This document shows positions 1 to 14,800 of a stretch of 64,000 bases of DNA, piece after piece (positions within the stretch are counted from its first letter, which is position 1; every line of letters starts with the position of its first letter). Under the pieces are notes generated by a model. It was given only the letters and a program-made list of their open reading frames with translations. It did not search any database and was not told the origin of the DNA. Source of the DNA: an uncultured virus (IMG/VR IMGVR_UViG_3300032116_021735) (taxonomy: Duplodnaviria > Heunggongvirae > Uroviricota > Caudoviricetes); IMG/VR virus record IMGVR_UViG_3300032116_021735; one strand, 5' to 3'. The position numbers and the translations under genes are program-made.

Positions 1-3754
<3,754 letters not shown>

Positions 3755-3772
3755 GATTTGATGCTAAATATA

Positions 3773-3794
3773 GGCGGAGTACGCACCTTCCGCC
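3773..3794 (-). terminator. Possible weak intrinsic terminator or RNA hairpin between the LamG array and the downstream fibre gene
   Basis: GGCGGA(3773-3778)...TCCGCC(3789-3794) stem in a 46-nt intergenic gap, followed on the minus strand by UAUAUUUA. Confidence 0.35.
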
Positions 3795-3800
3795 CAAATA

Positions 3801-4460
3801 TCAGATGTTGTATCTCCCTCGAAGAGCATTGAAGTTCTGAAGTATCTCATTATCAGAGAGAGCCCTATTGTACATCATAATGTTTCCGATTGATCCGTTG
3901 AGGTATCGTTGTGCTATAGAACCCCTCCTGCCGAGGGCGGAGTAGCTGCTGGTCCAACCTCCAATTGTGAAAGGCGTTGTTGTGCTGAGATCGAGTGCAC
4001 CGTTAACGTACGCTCGAACTGTGGATACATTAACTGTGAGTGTGAGCCCGTACCACACATTAGCGGTGAGAGTTTGTGTTCCTGCTACTGCGAAGTTGTT
4101 CACATCTGCGAATTGAGTTACGAACACGTACTGCTTGCCACCATTGATTGCGTACCAGTTGTCAGCTCCGTTCGCATCGAGCCCAAAGAGTATGAAATCT
4201 CCTGATGAAACGTTCTGCTTCGCGAAGGTGGAGATTGTGAAAGTGTTTCCGAGAGCAACAGATCCGTACACGATGAAATCATCGATCCCATCGAAGTTCA
4301 CATAACCATCTGTGTAGAGCGGTCCGCTGAAAGTTGTTGTGTTGGATCCCACGAGATCGCGTGATGTAGTTCCGCTCCTCGGATAACATTTCACGTTCAA
4401 GAAATCGTGGTAAGAAACGATTCCATCGGTTACAATCTTGGGTGAAAAGTACTGTGCCAT
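3801..4460 (-). CDS. LamG/concanavalin A-like lectin-fold virion protein (paralogue 3)
   Basis: N-term SPKIVTDG..KCYPRSGT..DL, FDGIDD, YVNG, C-term YNRALSDNEILQNFNALRGRY typical of phage LamG-like proteins. Confidence 0.8.
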   Translation of the reverse strand: MAQYFSPKIVTDGIVSYHDFLNVKCYPRSGTTSRDLVGSNTTTFSGPLYTDGYVNFDGIDDFIVYGSVALGNTFTISTFAKQNVSSGDFILFGLDANGADNWYAINGGKQYVFVTQFADVNNFAVAGTQTLTANVWYGLTLTVNVSTVRAYVNGALDLSTTTPFTIGGWTSSYSALGRRGSIAQRYLNGSIGNIMMYNRALSDNEILQNFNALRGRYNI

Positions 4461-5137
4461 TAGAATCCAAACCTTCCCTTTGTAGCATCATAATTTTGAA
4501 GAATCTCTGTGGCAGACAGTGACCTATTGTAGAGCTGAACTGGGCCTATAGACTGATTGTTCAGATATGTTCCATTAATTGCGTCATTATACCTGTATGA
4601 TCCAAATGCGAGATTATTATAAGAAGTTGGGTTACTAGCACCGGAGAATGAACCGCACTCTGAGCCATCGAAATACATGCGTACAGTCCCTGAGGAGAAT
4701 GTGAAGGCATAGAAGTGCCATCTTCCGACCGTAAAAGAAGGAAAGTTGCCCGTCGAGGAGCTTACGCGAGCGCTGAAGAATGAGTTCACATTGTCTTTGT
4801 ATATCTTCCATGCATTGTCAGTAGTGTTGTCATTCGTGATGATGCCTCCGTAACGTCCCAAGAAGTTACTTATGCATGCGTTCCAGACACAAACGGTAAA
4901 GTCACCTGTGCTGAAAGAGAGGCCCCCTCCGTGAGAGATGTAGGCATAGTCATTCGTTCCATCGAGAATGAAACCTTGAAAAGTCACAGTGGGCCCATTG
5001 ACGAGGATGCAAGTTCTGTTATTTCCGCTCAAGTCATTGACAGAGGTACCGCTTCCTGGGTAGCTCTTGCGGTTGCCCGCATCGAGGAGCAGCACGAGCC
5101 CATCGGTAACTATCTTAGGAGAGTACCTGCCTGCCAT
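4460..5137 (-). CDS. LamG/concanavalin A-like lectin-fold virion protein (paralogue 2)
   Basis: SPKIVTDGLVLLLDAGNRKSYPGSGT..DLSG, LDGTNDY, WHFYAFT, YNRSLSATEILQNYDATKGRFG. Confidence 0.8.
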   Translation of the reverse strand: MAGRYSPKIVTDGLVLLLDAGNRKSYPGSGTSVNDLSGNNRTCILVNGPTVTFQGFILDGTNDYAYISHGGGLSFSTGDFTVCVWNACISNFLGRYGGIITNDNTTDNAWKIYKDNVNSFFSARVSSSTGNFPSFTVGRWHFYAFTFSSGTVRMYFDGSECGSFSGASNPTSYNNLAFGSYRYNDAINGTYLNNQSIGPVQLYNRSLSATEILQNYDATKGRFGF

Positions 5138-5865
5138 CAGTAACCGAACCTTCCCTTTGCGGTTTCATAGTTTTGTAGAATTTCATCAGCAGACAAGAGT
5201 CTATTGTAGACCCTTAAGATTCCCAGGCTGCCTAGAATGGAGAAACCTGTGTTACCAGCCCATCCAGACCCATAAGGATAAAGCGTCATGATTGCGAGCG
5301 GGATCGTGTGATTAAAATCTCCGTTCGTGGGTGTATTGACAGTGAGACCGTGGTTAGAAGGACCTGCGTTCCTGATACCGTTCCTGTAAACGATCGCTTG
5401 CGTAGGCGTCATAATGAAGACCACATGTTCCCATCTACCTGTGCTAATGGCGGAACAGGAAAGTGCAAAGTTTCCTGAGTTGTTTCCCATCTGAAATCCC
5501 GTGTTGTACATGTAATAGTTGTATTCACCGTTACCGTTCCAGGGCTTTGAGACGTAGAAGCCAGCTGTGTCTGAGGAGTTGATCCACATCTCAAGTGCAA
5601 GCGTGTTGTTTCCAGCGCCGCTGGGAGTCCACTGAAACTGTCTAGAAGAATTGTTGATGGAGACGTAATCGTTGGATCCGTCGAACGTCATGACTCCGCA
5701 GTTGGCTGAAGAGAAAGAGACTCCGTTGACGAGAGAGCCTGCGATACCGACGCTGCTTAGATCTGTAATGACCGTGCCGCTTCCCGGGTATGACTTTACG
5801 TTGGCAGCATCATAGCTTAAAATGAGACCAGCTGTTACGATCTTGGGTGAGACGTAGCCTGACAT
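5137..5865 (-). CDS. LamG/concanavalin A-like lectin-fold virion protein (paralogue 1)
   Basis: SPKIVTAGLILSYDAANVKSYPGSGT, FDGSNDY, WEHVVF, YNRLLSADEILQNYETAKGRFG; SD-like AGGAG upstream. Confidence 0.8.
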   Translation of the reverse strand: MSGYVSPKIVTAGLILSYDAANVKSYPGSGTVITDLSSVGIAGSLVNGVSFSSANCGVMTFDGSNDYVSINNSSRQFQWTPSGAGNNTLALEMWINSSDTAGFYVSKPWNGNGEYNYYMYNTGFQMGNNSGNFALSCSAISTGRWEHVVFIMTPTQAIVYRNGIRNAGPSNHGLTVNTPTNGDFNHTIPLAIMTLYPYGSGWAGNTGFSILGSLGILRVYNRLLSADEILQNYETAKGRFGY

Positions 5866-5873
5866 GATCTCTC

Positions 5874-8800
5874 CTATGGAACATATTCCACATCAAAGGT
5901 GGCATCCCGGCGGGCCCCGTTCACCATGTAGAAGTAGTTAGGTTTAATTCCAAATAACCTCATGAACCATCCTCTGCCTATTTTAACTCGATTATTTTCG
6001 ATGGATTCCACGTACAACGATTGCCACTTTCCGATGGGGGTGAGTTGCACCGCGATGGAGGCGGGATCTACGAGGGGTTCCCAGTAATCTGGTAGATCAA
6101 TCACTTCAGATTGTGATGCTCCACGAACGTAAATACCGTTTTCAGGCCCTTCGAGGGATCCGTACCGCAGCTTCCATCCTGGGCGGATCGGGTGAGGAAT
6201 CACGAATGATTTTGTGGCCGCCGCGAATGTGCCCGCAACCTCCAGGTTGAACGCTGGTGCGGATGTTCCGATGCCAACGTTTCCGGAACCACTCACGAAG
6301 AGTAGGTTGGCTCCTGCGGAGTTTTGCAACCACATCACGGCAGTTCCCGAGGCGGATGCCTGGTTCTCCCTCGCGTAGAGGGTGTGAGTTGTTGTGCCTA
6401 TGGAGCCGTTGATGTGGAGGCGAGCGGTGGGAGTTGCTGTTCCGATTCCAACGTTTCCACCCGAAGCGATCGCAACCTGGTTGGTGTTTCCCTCACGGAA
6501 ATGGATGATGTTTCCCGTGGGTCTGTTGATGTAGAGGTTCTGATCCGTTGCACGTGAGAGGATGTTGTAATCGTTATCCGTTGTGGATCCATTGAGTGTG
6601 ATGCCTGCGTAATTGGCGAACACTTCTCCGATTCTCACGTTGGTGGATGCTGCGTTTGGTACCTGAACCGTAAGGAAGGCTGTGGGAGAACTCGTTCCAA
6701 TGCCGACACGCCCATTGCTGTTGCTCCACCAGAAGTTGTTGGATCCGCTCAGGAGGCCGCCTGTGCCAGCCACAACAACCTGACCTGCAGTGAGGTTGCT
6801 TCCCGTGAGTGAACCGGAGATGTTGCCCGCGTAAAGGTTCCTCCACCTCTTGGTAGATGAACCGAGATCCCGTGTGAGATCACCATCGGGGTTAACGGAA
6901 CCTGAAAACACCGAGTTGCCAGCCACAACGAGGCGGGAACTATAATCCATCACGGAGGTTCCGATGCCCACGTTGCCTGCGGAATCTATTCTCATCCTCT
7001 CGGTGGCACCACCATCCTCAGAAGTTCCAAAAACGAGATCTCCTTGAGCGGATGCATGAGCTCTGATCACACTCCAGATTGCTGCAGCATCTTCTGCGTT
7101 TGAAGTTACGAAGCTCAGAGAAGAGAAGTTTCCATCCGTTGCAGAATTGTTCTGTATTGCTATGCGAGCACCGAGACCGTAAGAACTCGTGTCTGTGCTG
7201 CTGTCTGCAACCACAAGTTTAGCAGATCCACCAGCACCGTTTGGCGTTCCCACATTGATAGGACCAACTGCAACATCGAGGGCAACTGCGGGTGAAGATG
7301 TTCCGATTCCAACTCTCCCGTTGCTGTTGCTCCACCAGAAGTTGTTGGATCCACTCAGCAACCCACCAGCACCGGCCACCACCACCTGACCTGCTGTGAG
7401 ATTGCTTCCCGTTATCGATCCGGAGATGCTCGATGCGTACACGTTCCTCCACCGCTTCGTGGAGCTTCCGAGATCGTAGGTGAGATCCGCAGATGGATTC
7501 GCTGAGCCTGAGAACACAGAATTTCCGGCAACCACGAGGCGGGAATCGAGACCTATCGTTCCGATACCCACGTTTCCTGAGGAATCCACGATGACTCTGT
7601 TTGCCGCTGCCGTGAGATCGTAGAGCCTCCAGTAGCTCGCTGCTGCTGAACCCGCATCAACAACCTGTGCCATGAATCCGCGATAGGTGCCAACGAGATC
7701 GATGCGTGGATCAGCAACCTCAATACGCCCTGCCCCGCGAACGTCAAGTCTGAAACCCACAGTCGGGCTTGACGTTCCGATGCCAACATTTCCGGATGCA
7801 TCTATCCTCACTGCCTCTGTTCCGCTCGCACCTGAGGTTGCTCCCGTGTATATCGTAACGGGAGATCCCTCGAGGGTGAGTTCTCTGAGAGTATCCGAGG
7901 AGAGAGGATTAATCGCGGTTATCTTCACTGTGGAAGAAATGTTCGATTTGATCGTGAGGGCTCGATCCTGGTGGGTTGTGAAGCGTGCAGTTGAACCACC
8001 GGTCACCGTGTTGCCCACGAGGAGGTTTCCGTACAACTGCGTGTTTCCCGTAACATCGAGTCTGTAACCAGGAGATGATGTTCCGATGCCAACGTTTCCA
8101 TCATCTCGAACGAAGAGGAGTGTTGAGTTGCTTCCATTCACGAGGTGCATCGTGCTCGTGCTTGAGGTTGCACCACTCCCTGTTACTTCGAATCGAGACA
8201 CAGGGCTTGGACCACCGATGGAGAACTTGCCCACAGTTTGCTGCACGTTGCTCACGGGGCTGAGGAGGATGTTTCCGTTGTAGCGAAGCGCTCCTCCCGA
8301 AACTCCGAAGATGGTGGATGATCCAAAGTTCACGTTGAAGGAACCGTAAGCCCCTCCGCCTCGGTTGAGATCAAAGTACACATCATCGTTCGTTCCGGCC
8401 GCTGGGCCTCTGATGTAGTGTGTGTGATTGGCCGCAGATGTGTTCGTAGATGTTACGGTGAGGCCGTTTCCATAGGTGGCTCCGCCACCGATGCCGAGAG
8501 TTCCTCTCACATCAAGCGTGTTTGTAGGGGAACTCGTTCCGATGCCCACCTGGTTCGCTGAGTTGTTCCACCAGAAGTTGTTGGATCCGGAGAGGACTCC
8601 TCCCGTACCTGCTACCACAACCTGCCCAGCGGTGAGGTTGCTTCCTGTGAGCGAACCGGAGATATTTGCCGCGAACACGTTCCTCCACCGGAGCGAGCTC
8701 GAGCCGAGGTCCTGCGTGGCATCTGCACCCGGTGTTACGTTTCCGGTCGAGGAGATGGTGAGCCTTATGTTACCACTTCCATCCCTGTAGTAGTGTTGGT

Positions 8801-11800
8801 TGGCATCGTAATAGTTGTTGGATCCCACGTATCCGATGTAGAGGTTTGCCGCATTGGGCACCGATCCGTTCACAACGTGGAATGCAGCCTGAGGCGCGCT
8901 TGTTCCGATGCCCACCCGGCCGTCGTCCCTTACGAAGAGGAGAGACGTTCCGCTACTGTTGACGAAGTGGGCAGTTGTTGTTGAAGAAGTTGCTCCACTG
9001 CCTGACACGAGAAGTCGAGCAGTGATTAGTGCGCCTGTTCCTATACCGATGTTTCCATTACCCCCGATCACAAGCGCTTCATTTGATGCAACGCCGCCGA
9101 TAGGTCCTGCAAAAACACTCAATCGTTCGGTGGCACCATTGACCCCAAGAACCTCCAACTTGAAGCGAGCCGAATCATCACTTGCAGTGAACTGAATACG
9201 TGCTCGTTCGCTTCCGTTATTACCTAGAGTGATGCCAGTCGTGTCGCCTGAAGCGAGATTACGTGATTTGATCTGGCCAACAACGTCAAGCCTGTACAGC
9301 GTAGGATTGGTAATTCCTATACCTACGTTACCACTGCCGGAGACGAACAGAATGGAAGTTCCTGCCGAGTTCTGCACATCAAGGACGGGAAGCCCGGCCG
9401 TTTGTGATGCAACTCCCTCCCTGATGATTGCGGCTGCTGCGGTGCCTGCAGTTGTGTGGCCGAGAACCTGCAGAGTTGCAGTTGGGTTGGTGGTGCCGAT
9501 TCCCAGGTAGGAGTTGGCCTGTGGCATCACAGCCTTCTTCTTCGTGCCATCATCCACCACGGTGAGAACCGCCGCGTTTGCACTGATGATGGAAACCGAT
9601 CTCTGCTGGTTGTTGCCAAGGTTGAGGGTATCGGTACTTCCCAGACCATCGCTTATCCAACCAGTACCGATCCAGTGAACAGTTCCACCCACACTCGAGT
9701 TGGTGAGCGCGATCTGCGGTAAAGCTCCTCCTGTTGCCCTGTTTACCTGCAGAACCGTTGATCCCTGGATCGTTGAAGTTCCGATGCCCACCTGGTTGGT
9801 TGAGTTGTTCCACCAGAAGTTGTTGGAACCGCTCAGCAAGCCACCTGTACCAGCAACCACAACTTGACCTGCAGTGAGGTTGCTCCCTGTTACAGATCCG
9901 ATGATGTTACCTGCGTAGAGGTTCCTCCACCTCTTGACTGTAGAGCCGAGATCTCTCGTGAGATCAGCATCCGGGTTCGCAGATCCCGAAAACACCGAGT
10001 TACCGTTCACTGCGAGGCGAACATCCGTGATTGTAGTTCCCAATCCCACGAATCCCGAGGCATTCATCACGATGCCATCTGCCCTGTTTGCCGGATAGAG
10101 AACGTTACCGTTATCGCTCGTTTGCGAGATGTAGAGGCTTCCCGAGAGCTGCCCGATGCTGTAGTGGACTCGACCACCATCGTGGATCTTGAAGCCAACT
10201 CCGTTATCGAATGCGAGGTTAGTAGTTGCATCACCCAATCTAAAGAATGCTGCGTTCACATCAACTGATGGAGTTGCGGTTGCATCGTTCTGCGTTGTGT
10301 AGATGTGCAACTTTGATGTGGGTGTTGCAGTTCCAATTCCCACGTTTCCTGTGGATGTGAAACGGTAGTTTCCATCATTTCCATTGCCAGCCTGGAACTC
10401 TAGGGGATAAGCTGTTCCGAGGCTCTGTATCTTGGAAACGTTATTGCCACCTGCGAGGAGTATTCCGTAGCCGGAATCGATGGCAGCAATTGTTCGCGTT
10501 CCAGCAGATGCTCCGCTTCCCACCTGCAGGTTGTATCCTGGGTTCGTGGTACCAATGCCCACGTTGCCAGTAGTGGTAACTCCGAGGTATCTGGAAGCGT
10601 TGTTGTACTGCAGGAAGAAGCTGTTTCCTGCATTGTTATCTGTGATGAGTTGCCACAGATCGGTGGTATCTATCCTCAGGTTGTATCCCACGGTACCATT
10701 TGGAGAGGCACCCGAGCTTGCTCCTGCAGTTACCTGAGGACCGGCCACATTGCCAAAAACGTAGAGGGGTGATGCCAATGTGGGAGCAGCACCGATACCC
10801 ACCTTGCCGGAACCGCTCACCATGAGAATGTTGGTTCCTGCTGAGTTCTGTGTGTTGAGGATGTAGGCACCCCCAGTGGCCGTTGCAACTCCCTCACGCA
10901 CGAGGAATGTTGTATCCGTTGTTGTTGAGGATCCGGTTACGAACAGCCTCGCCTGTGGATTGGTGGTTCCGATGCCCACATTTCCGTTGTTTGCGAGGAT
11001 CGTTAACCTGTAAGTACCTGTGTTCGAATCCCTGAATCCCCAGGCACCTGCGAACGTATTGTGCGTGATTACGTTGGAGGTTGATGGGAATCCTGCAGGG
11101 TTATCCTGCGCTATGATGGAATCGTTCGTATCATTGCCAACGATGAGGTAGCTTCCCTTGTTGAGTTTCAATGATCCGTTGAGGATATCGAGTGCATATC
11201 CTGGGGATGATGTTCCAATACCGACTCTCCCTGTGGAGTTTTCCCACCAGAAGTTGCTGGAACCCGATATCAATCCTCCCGTTCCTGCAACAACCACCTG
11301 CCCGGCCGTGAGGTTGCTTCCGGTGAGGGATCCTGAGATGCTTCCAGCATACACGTTCCTCCACCGCTTCGTAGTAGAACCTAGATCACGTGTGAGATCA
11401 CCATCTGGGTTCGCAGATCCCGAGAACACGGAATTACCTGCAACAACGAGGCGGGAGTCGAGTGCGCTCGTTCCAATTCCAACGAAGCCACTTCCGCTCA
11501 CGAAGAGGAGAGAAGATCCCGCGGAGCTCTGCACATCGAGAACTCCCACTCCGCCTGCGGGAGATGCAACTCCCTCTCGAACAATCATCGTGGGTGTTGA
11601 TGTGTTTACGGATCCGGAGACAAACAGCCTCGCAGTGTACGATGTAGTTCCAATTCCTACGTTTCCGGCTGAGTTGATGAACATCCTCTCGGTGTTACCG
11701 ACTGTCTTGAAGACCAAGGAATTTGCGTAGTTGCTGCCGCCAACGTACCACTGTTGTTGTTGAGATTGATCAACACCTCTTATGGCATTGCTGTACCCGT

Positions 11801-14800
11801 TCGCTCCAGCTTGCAGAGTGAGAATGGTGCTTCCAAAAGTACTTGCGTTCTCGAACCACGGATAGTGATCGGAAGCGTACTCATTCTTGTACACGTGGAG
11901 TGTATCGTTCACCGTATTCGTGCCGATGCCTACTCCGAATGTTCCGCCTACTCCCAATGCGGTTGCATCCGCTCGAACTGACAAGAGGTGGCTTCCATCC
12001 CATTTCTGAACCGAGAGAACCTGAGCAGTGGGAGAATCAACTCCTGCTTTTACCGTGAGTGTTGGGGTGCTCGAGGTGGATCCCGAGATGAAGAGAGTGC
12101 TCGTGGCCGTTGTTGTTCCGATCGAAACGTTCCGCCCAAGGGGGTTGAGATATAGAGGATAGAACACCGATCCAATGTTGGATATCTCTCCCGTTTGAAT
12201 GTAGCTTGCTCCACCTATCGAGCCAATTAGCAGGCCTCCTCCTGCACTTCCCTCGATTCCAAGGAGGGCGTTTGAGGGGCTTATCGTGGAGTTGGATGCT
12301 CCCAGCACATACAACTTGCTCTGAGGTGTGCTTGTTCCAATGCCCACTTTTCCGGTGGAGTTGCTCCACCAGAAGTTGTTTGATCCCGACAGAGCCCCGC
12401 TAGTTCCAGCAACCACCACTTGCCCTTCTGTGAGATTGCTACCTGTGAAGGTACCGATGATGCTCCTGCCGTAGATGAACTGCCAACGTTTCAGACCGTT
12501 GCCGAGGTAGTATGCCGAATCAGCATCAGGATTGATGGATCCCGAGAACACTGAGGAACCTGCAACAACGAGCCGAGCATCGAGCGCACTCGTTCCGATG
12601 CCAACATTCGTTCCATCATCGTAAATGATGGAGTTTGCGAGTGCCCTCTCGCTGGTGAACTTCGGAACGTAGTTGGCAGTGCCACTTCCCGTGATCGTGT
12701 TGGGCGATGATATGTTAACAGATCCGTTGGAGCCCGTTGCGATCGTGATGTTGGTGCCCGCGATGAGGTAGGAAGTGCCATCGGTAAGTTTCGTGAGAGA
12801 ACCACTGAAAGCCGTGGAATAAACGTTTCGCCAAAGCTTGGCCGTAGAACCCAGATCATATGTGCTTGTTGCACCGGGAAGTGCCGATCCTGTAACAGAT
12901 AACGATCCGTTCACGGCAAGCTTATCTCCCGTGTTTGATATTCCTATTCCCACGTTGCCGGAACCTGAAACAACGAGCAGGGATGTTCCATCGTTGCCTT
13001 GCGCCTCGAACACGGCACCTACCGGTGAAGCTATTCCCGCTTTAACAATGAGACCGGATGCTGCCGATGTGCTCGAACCAGAAACGAGGAGGCGGGCGAG
13101 CGGATTGCTCACACCGATTGAGCTCATGCTTCCGATTCCAACGTTTCCGTTGCCATCTAAGAGAACTTTTATCGTGGATCCATCCGAGTGCCTGAAGATG
13201 TGGTTGTAGGCATCGTAGTAGTTGAGAGAGGCACCAAAGAACTGGGAGCCTATGAACAGGCCGAACGCGGCATTTCCCGTGTTGCTGCTGGATACTTGGA
13301 ATTTGCCTCCGGCAACGGGCACCACCGGGGATGAGGGGATGTTCGTTCCCACACCCACGAAGCCGCTGCCGCTCACGAAGAGAAGCGAAGATCCTGTGTA
13401 GCTCTGTACATCAAGTACACCCACTGCCGTTGTGGATGCAGTTACGCCCTCTCTGATCGTTGCTGTAGGCGTTGTTGCTGATGTAGATCCTGAAACGTAG
13501 AGCCTCGAGCCGTACGTGCTCGTGCCGATACCAACATTTCCGCTTGTATCGATCCTCACCCTCTCTGAGTTTGATGTTCTGAGTGCTATAGCTCTTCCGG
13601 TTCCCGATTCTATTTGCAGGCCGCTCAGCTCCTGCATGTAAGTTCCAGAATCTCTGAACAAGAGTTTTGAAGCTCCATTCACCAGGAGTGTGGCGGAATC
13701 ATTGTTGCCCACATGAAGCGTGGCCGAAGGTGAAGTGTTGTTCACGCCAACGTAGGTGCCATCATCGTATATGATACTGTTGGCTATGGCATTTCCGCTC
13801 GTGAACTTCGCATGGTAGTTCACCGTGCCGCTGCCAGTGATCACGTTGCTGCCGCTCACGAGAGATCCGAAATTCACCCACGTTGGTGCAGATGTTCCCG
13901 CAGATTGCAGGATTTGCCCTGAGGTTCCCGCCGCAGAAGAAGAGAGATGGCCCGAGGTGTTGAAGTAGCCCACACCTCCCTGTGTACCTCCAGATATTGT
14001 GTTAGAATTAAGGCCCGATATCGGTAACGTTTTATTGTAGAGATTATCTGTGGATCCCGTGGTTACAACGTTGATCTCGGCACCAACAAATCCGGCCTTC
14101 CACCGATCCGTTACCGTATCCCAGATGAGGGATCCCGTGGTGTTGGCTGTGGTATCGGCAACGTATACACCTCCGAAGTTGAGGGGAGATGGGCCTGCGT
14201 TGAGGAGGATCGCGTTATCCTTGATGTTCACGATCTCGGAGTTGATGATGGAGGATGTACCCAGCACGCGGAGATCTCCCGATACGTTGAGATCTCCTGA
14301 GAAGGAACCGGTGCGGGCATACACATCCCGCCACGAAGCCGTTGCCGATCCCAGATCGTAGGTGAGGCTGAGGCCTGGTAGGAAGGAGCCCGTGAGGGCG
14401 GTGGTTCCGAGGATGGAGAGGGCGTTTCCGTTGAGCACCGTGGTTCCGATGCCAACAGCTCCGCCTGCGTTGTAGATGGTGGAGGAGTTTCCAATGGATC
14501 CGGCACCGGTGAACACGGGAACGTATCCCGCGGTTCCTGTTCCCGTTACTGTGGAAGGCGAGGAGATGCTAACGGATCCGTTGGAGCCCGTTGCGATCGT
14601 GATGTTGGTGCCTGCTATGAGGTAGGAGGTTCCATCGATCAACCGCGTGAGAGAGCCTGAGAGCCCGGAAGCCCCGAAGAGAGTTCCGCTAACGTATGTA
14701 TCGCCTGCAAAAAGTGAGCGATCTGTGCCGCCGATGGTGCCCGTTACGTAGAGGAACACATTCGTTCCAGCCGGTACGGTTGCCATCGATTGCCGCACCA

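Noticed and set aside
5874..6240. Peptidase S74 intramolecular chaperone at the fibre C-terminus
   Set aside because: No SDxRLK motif; the terminus is the different KSFVIPHP..EGPE..LPDYW domain.
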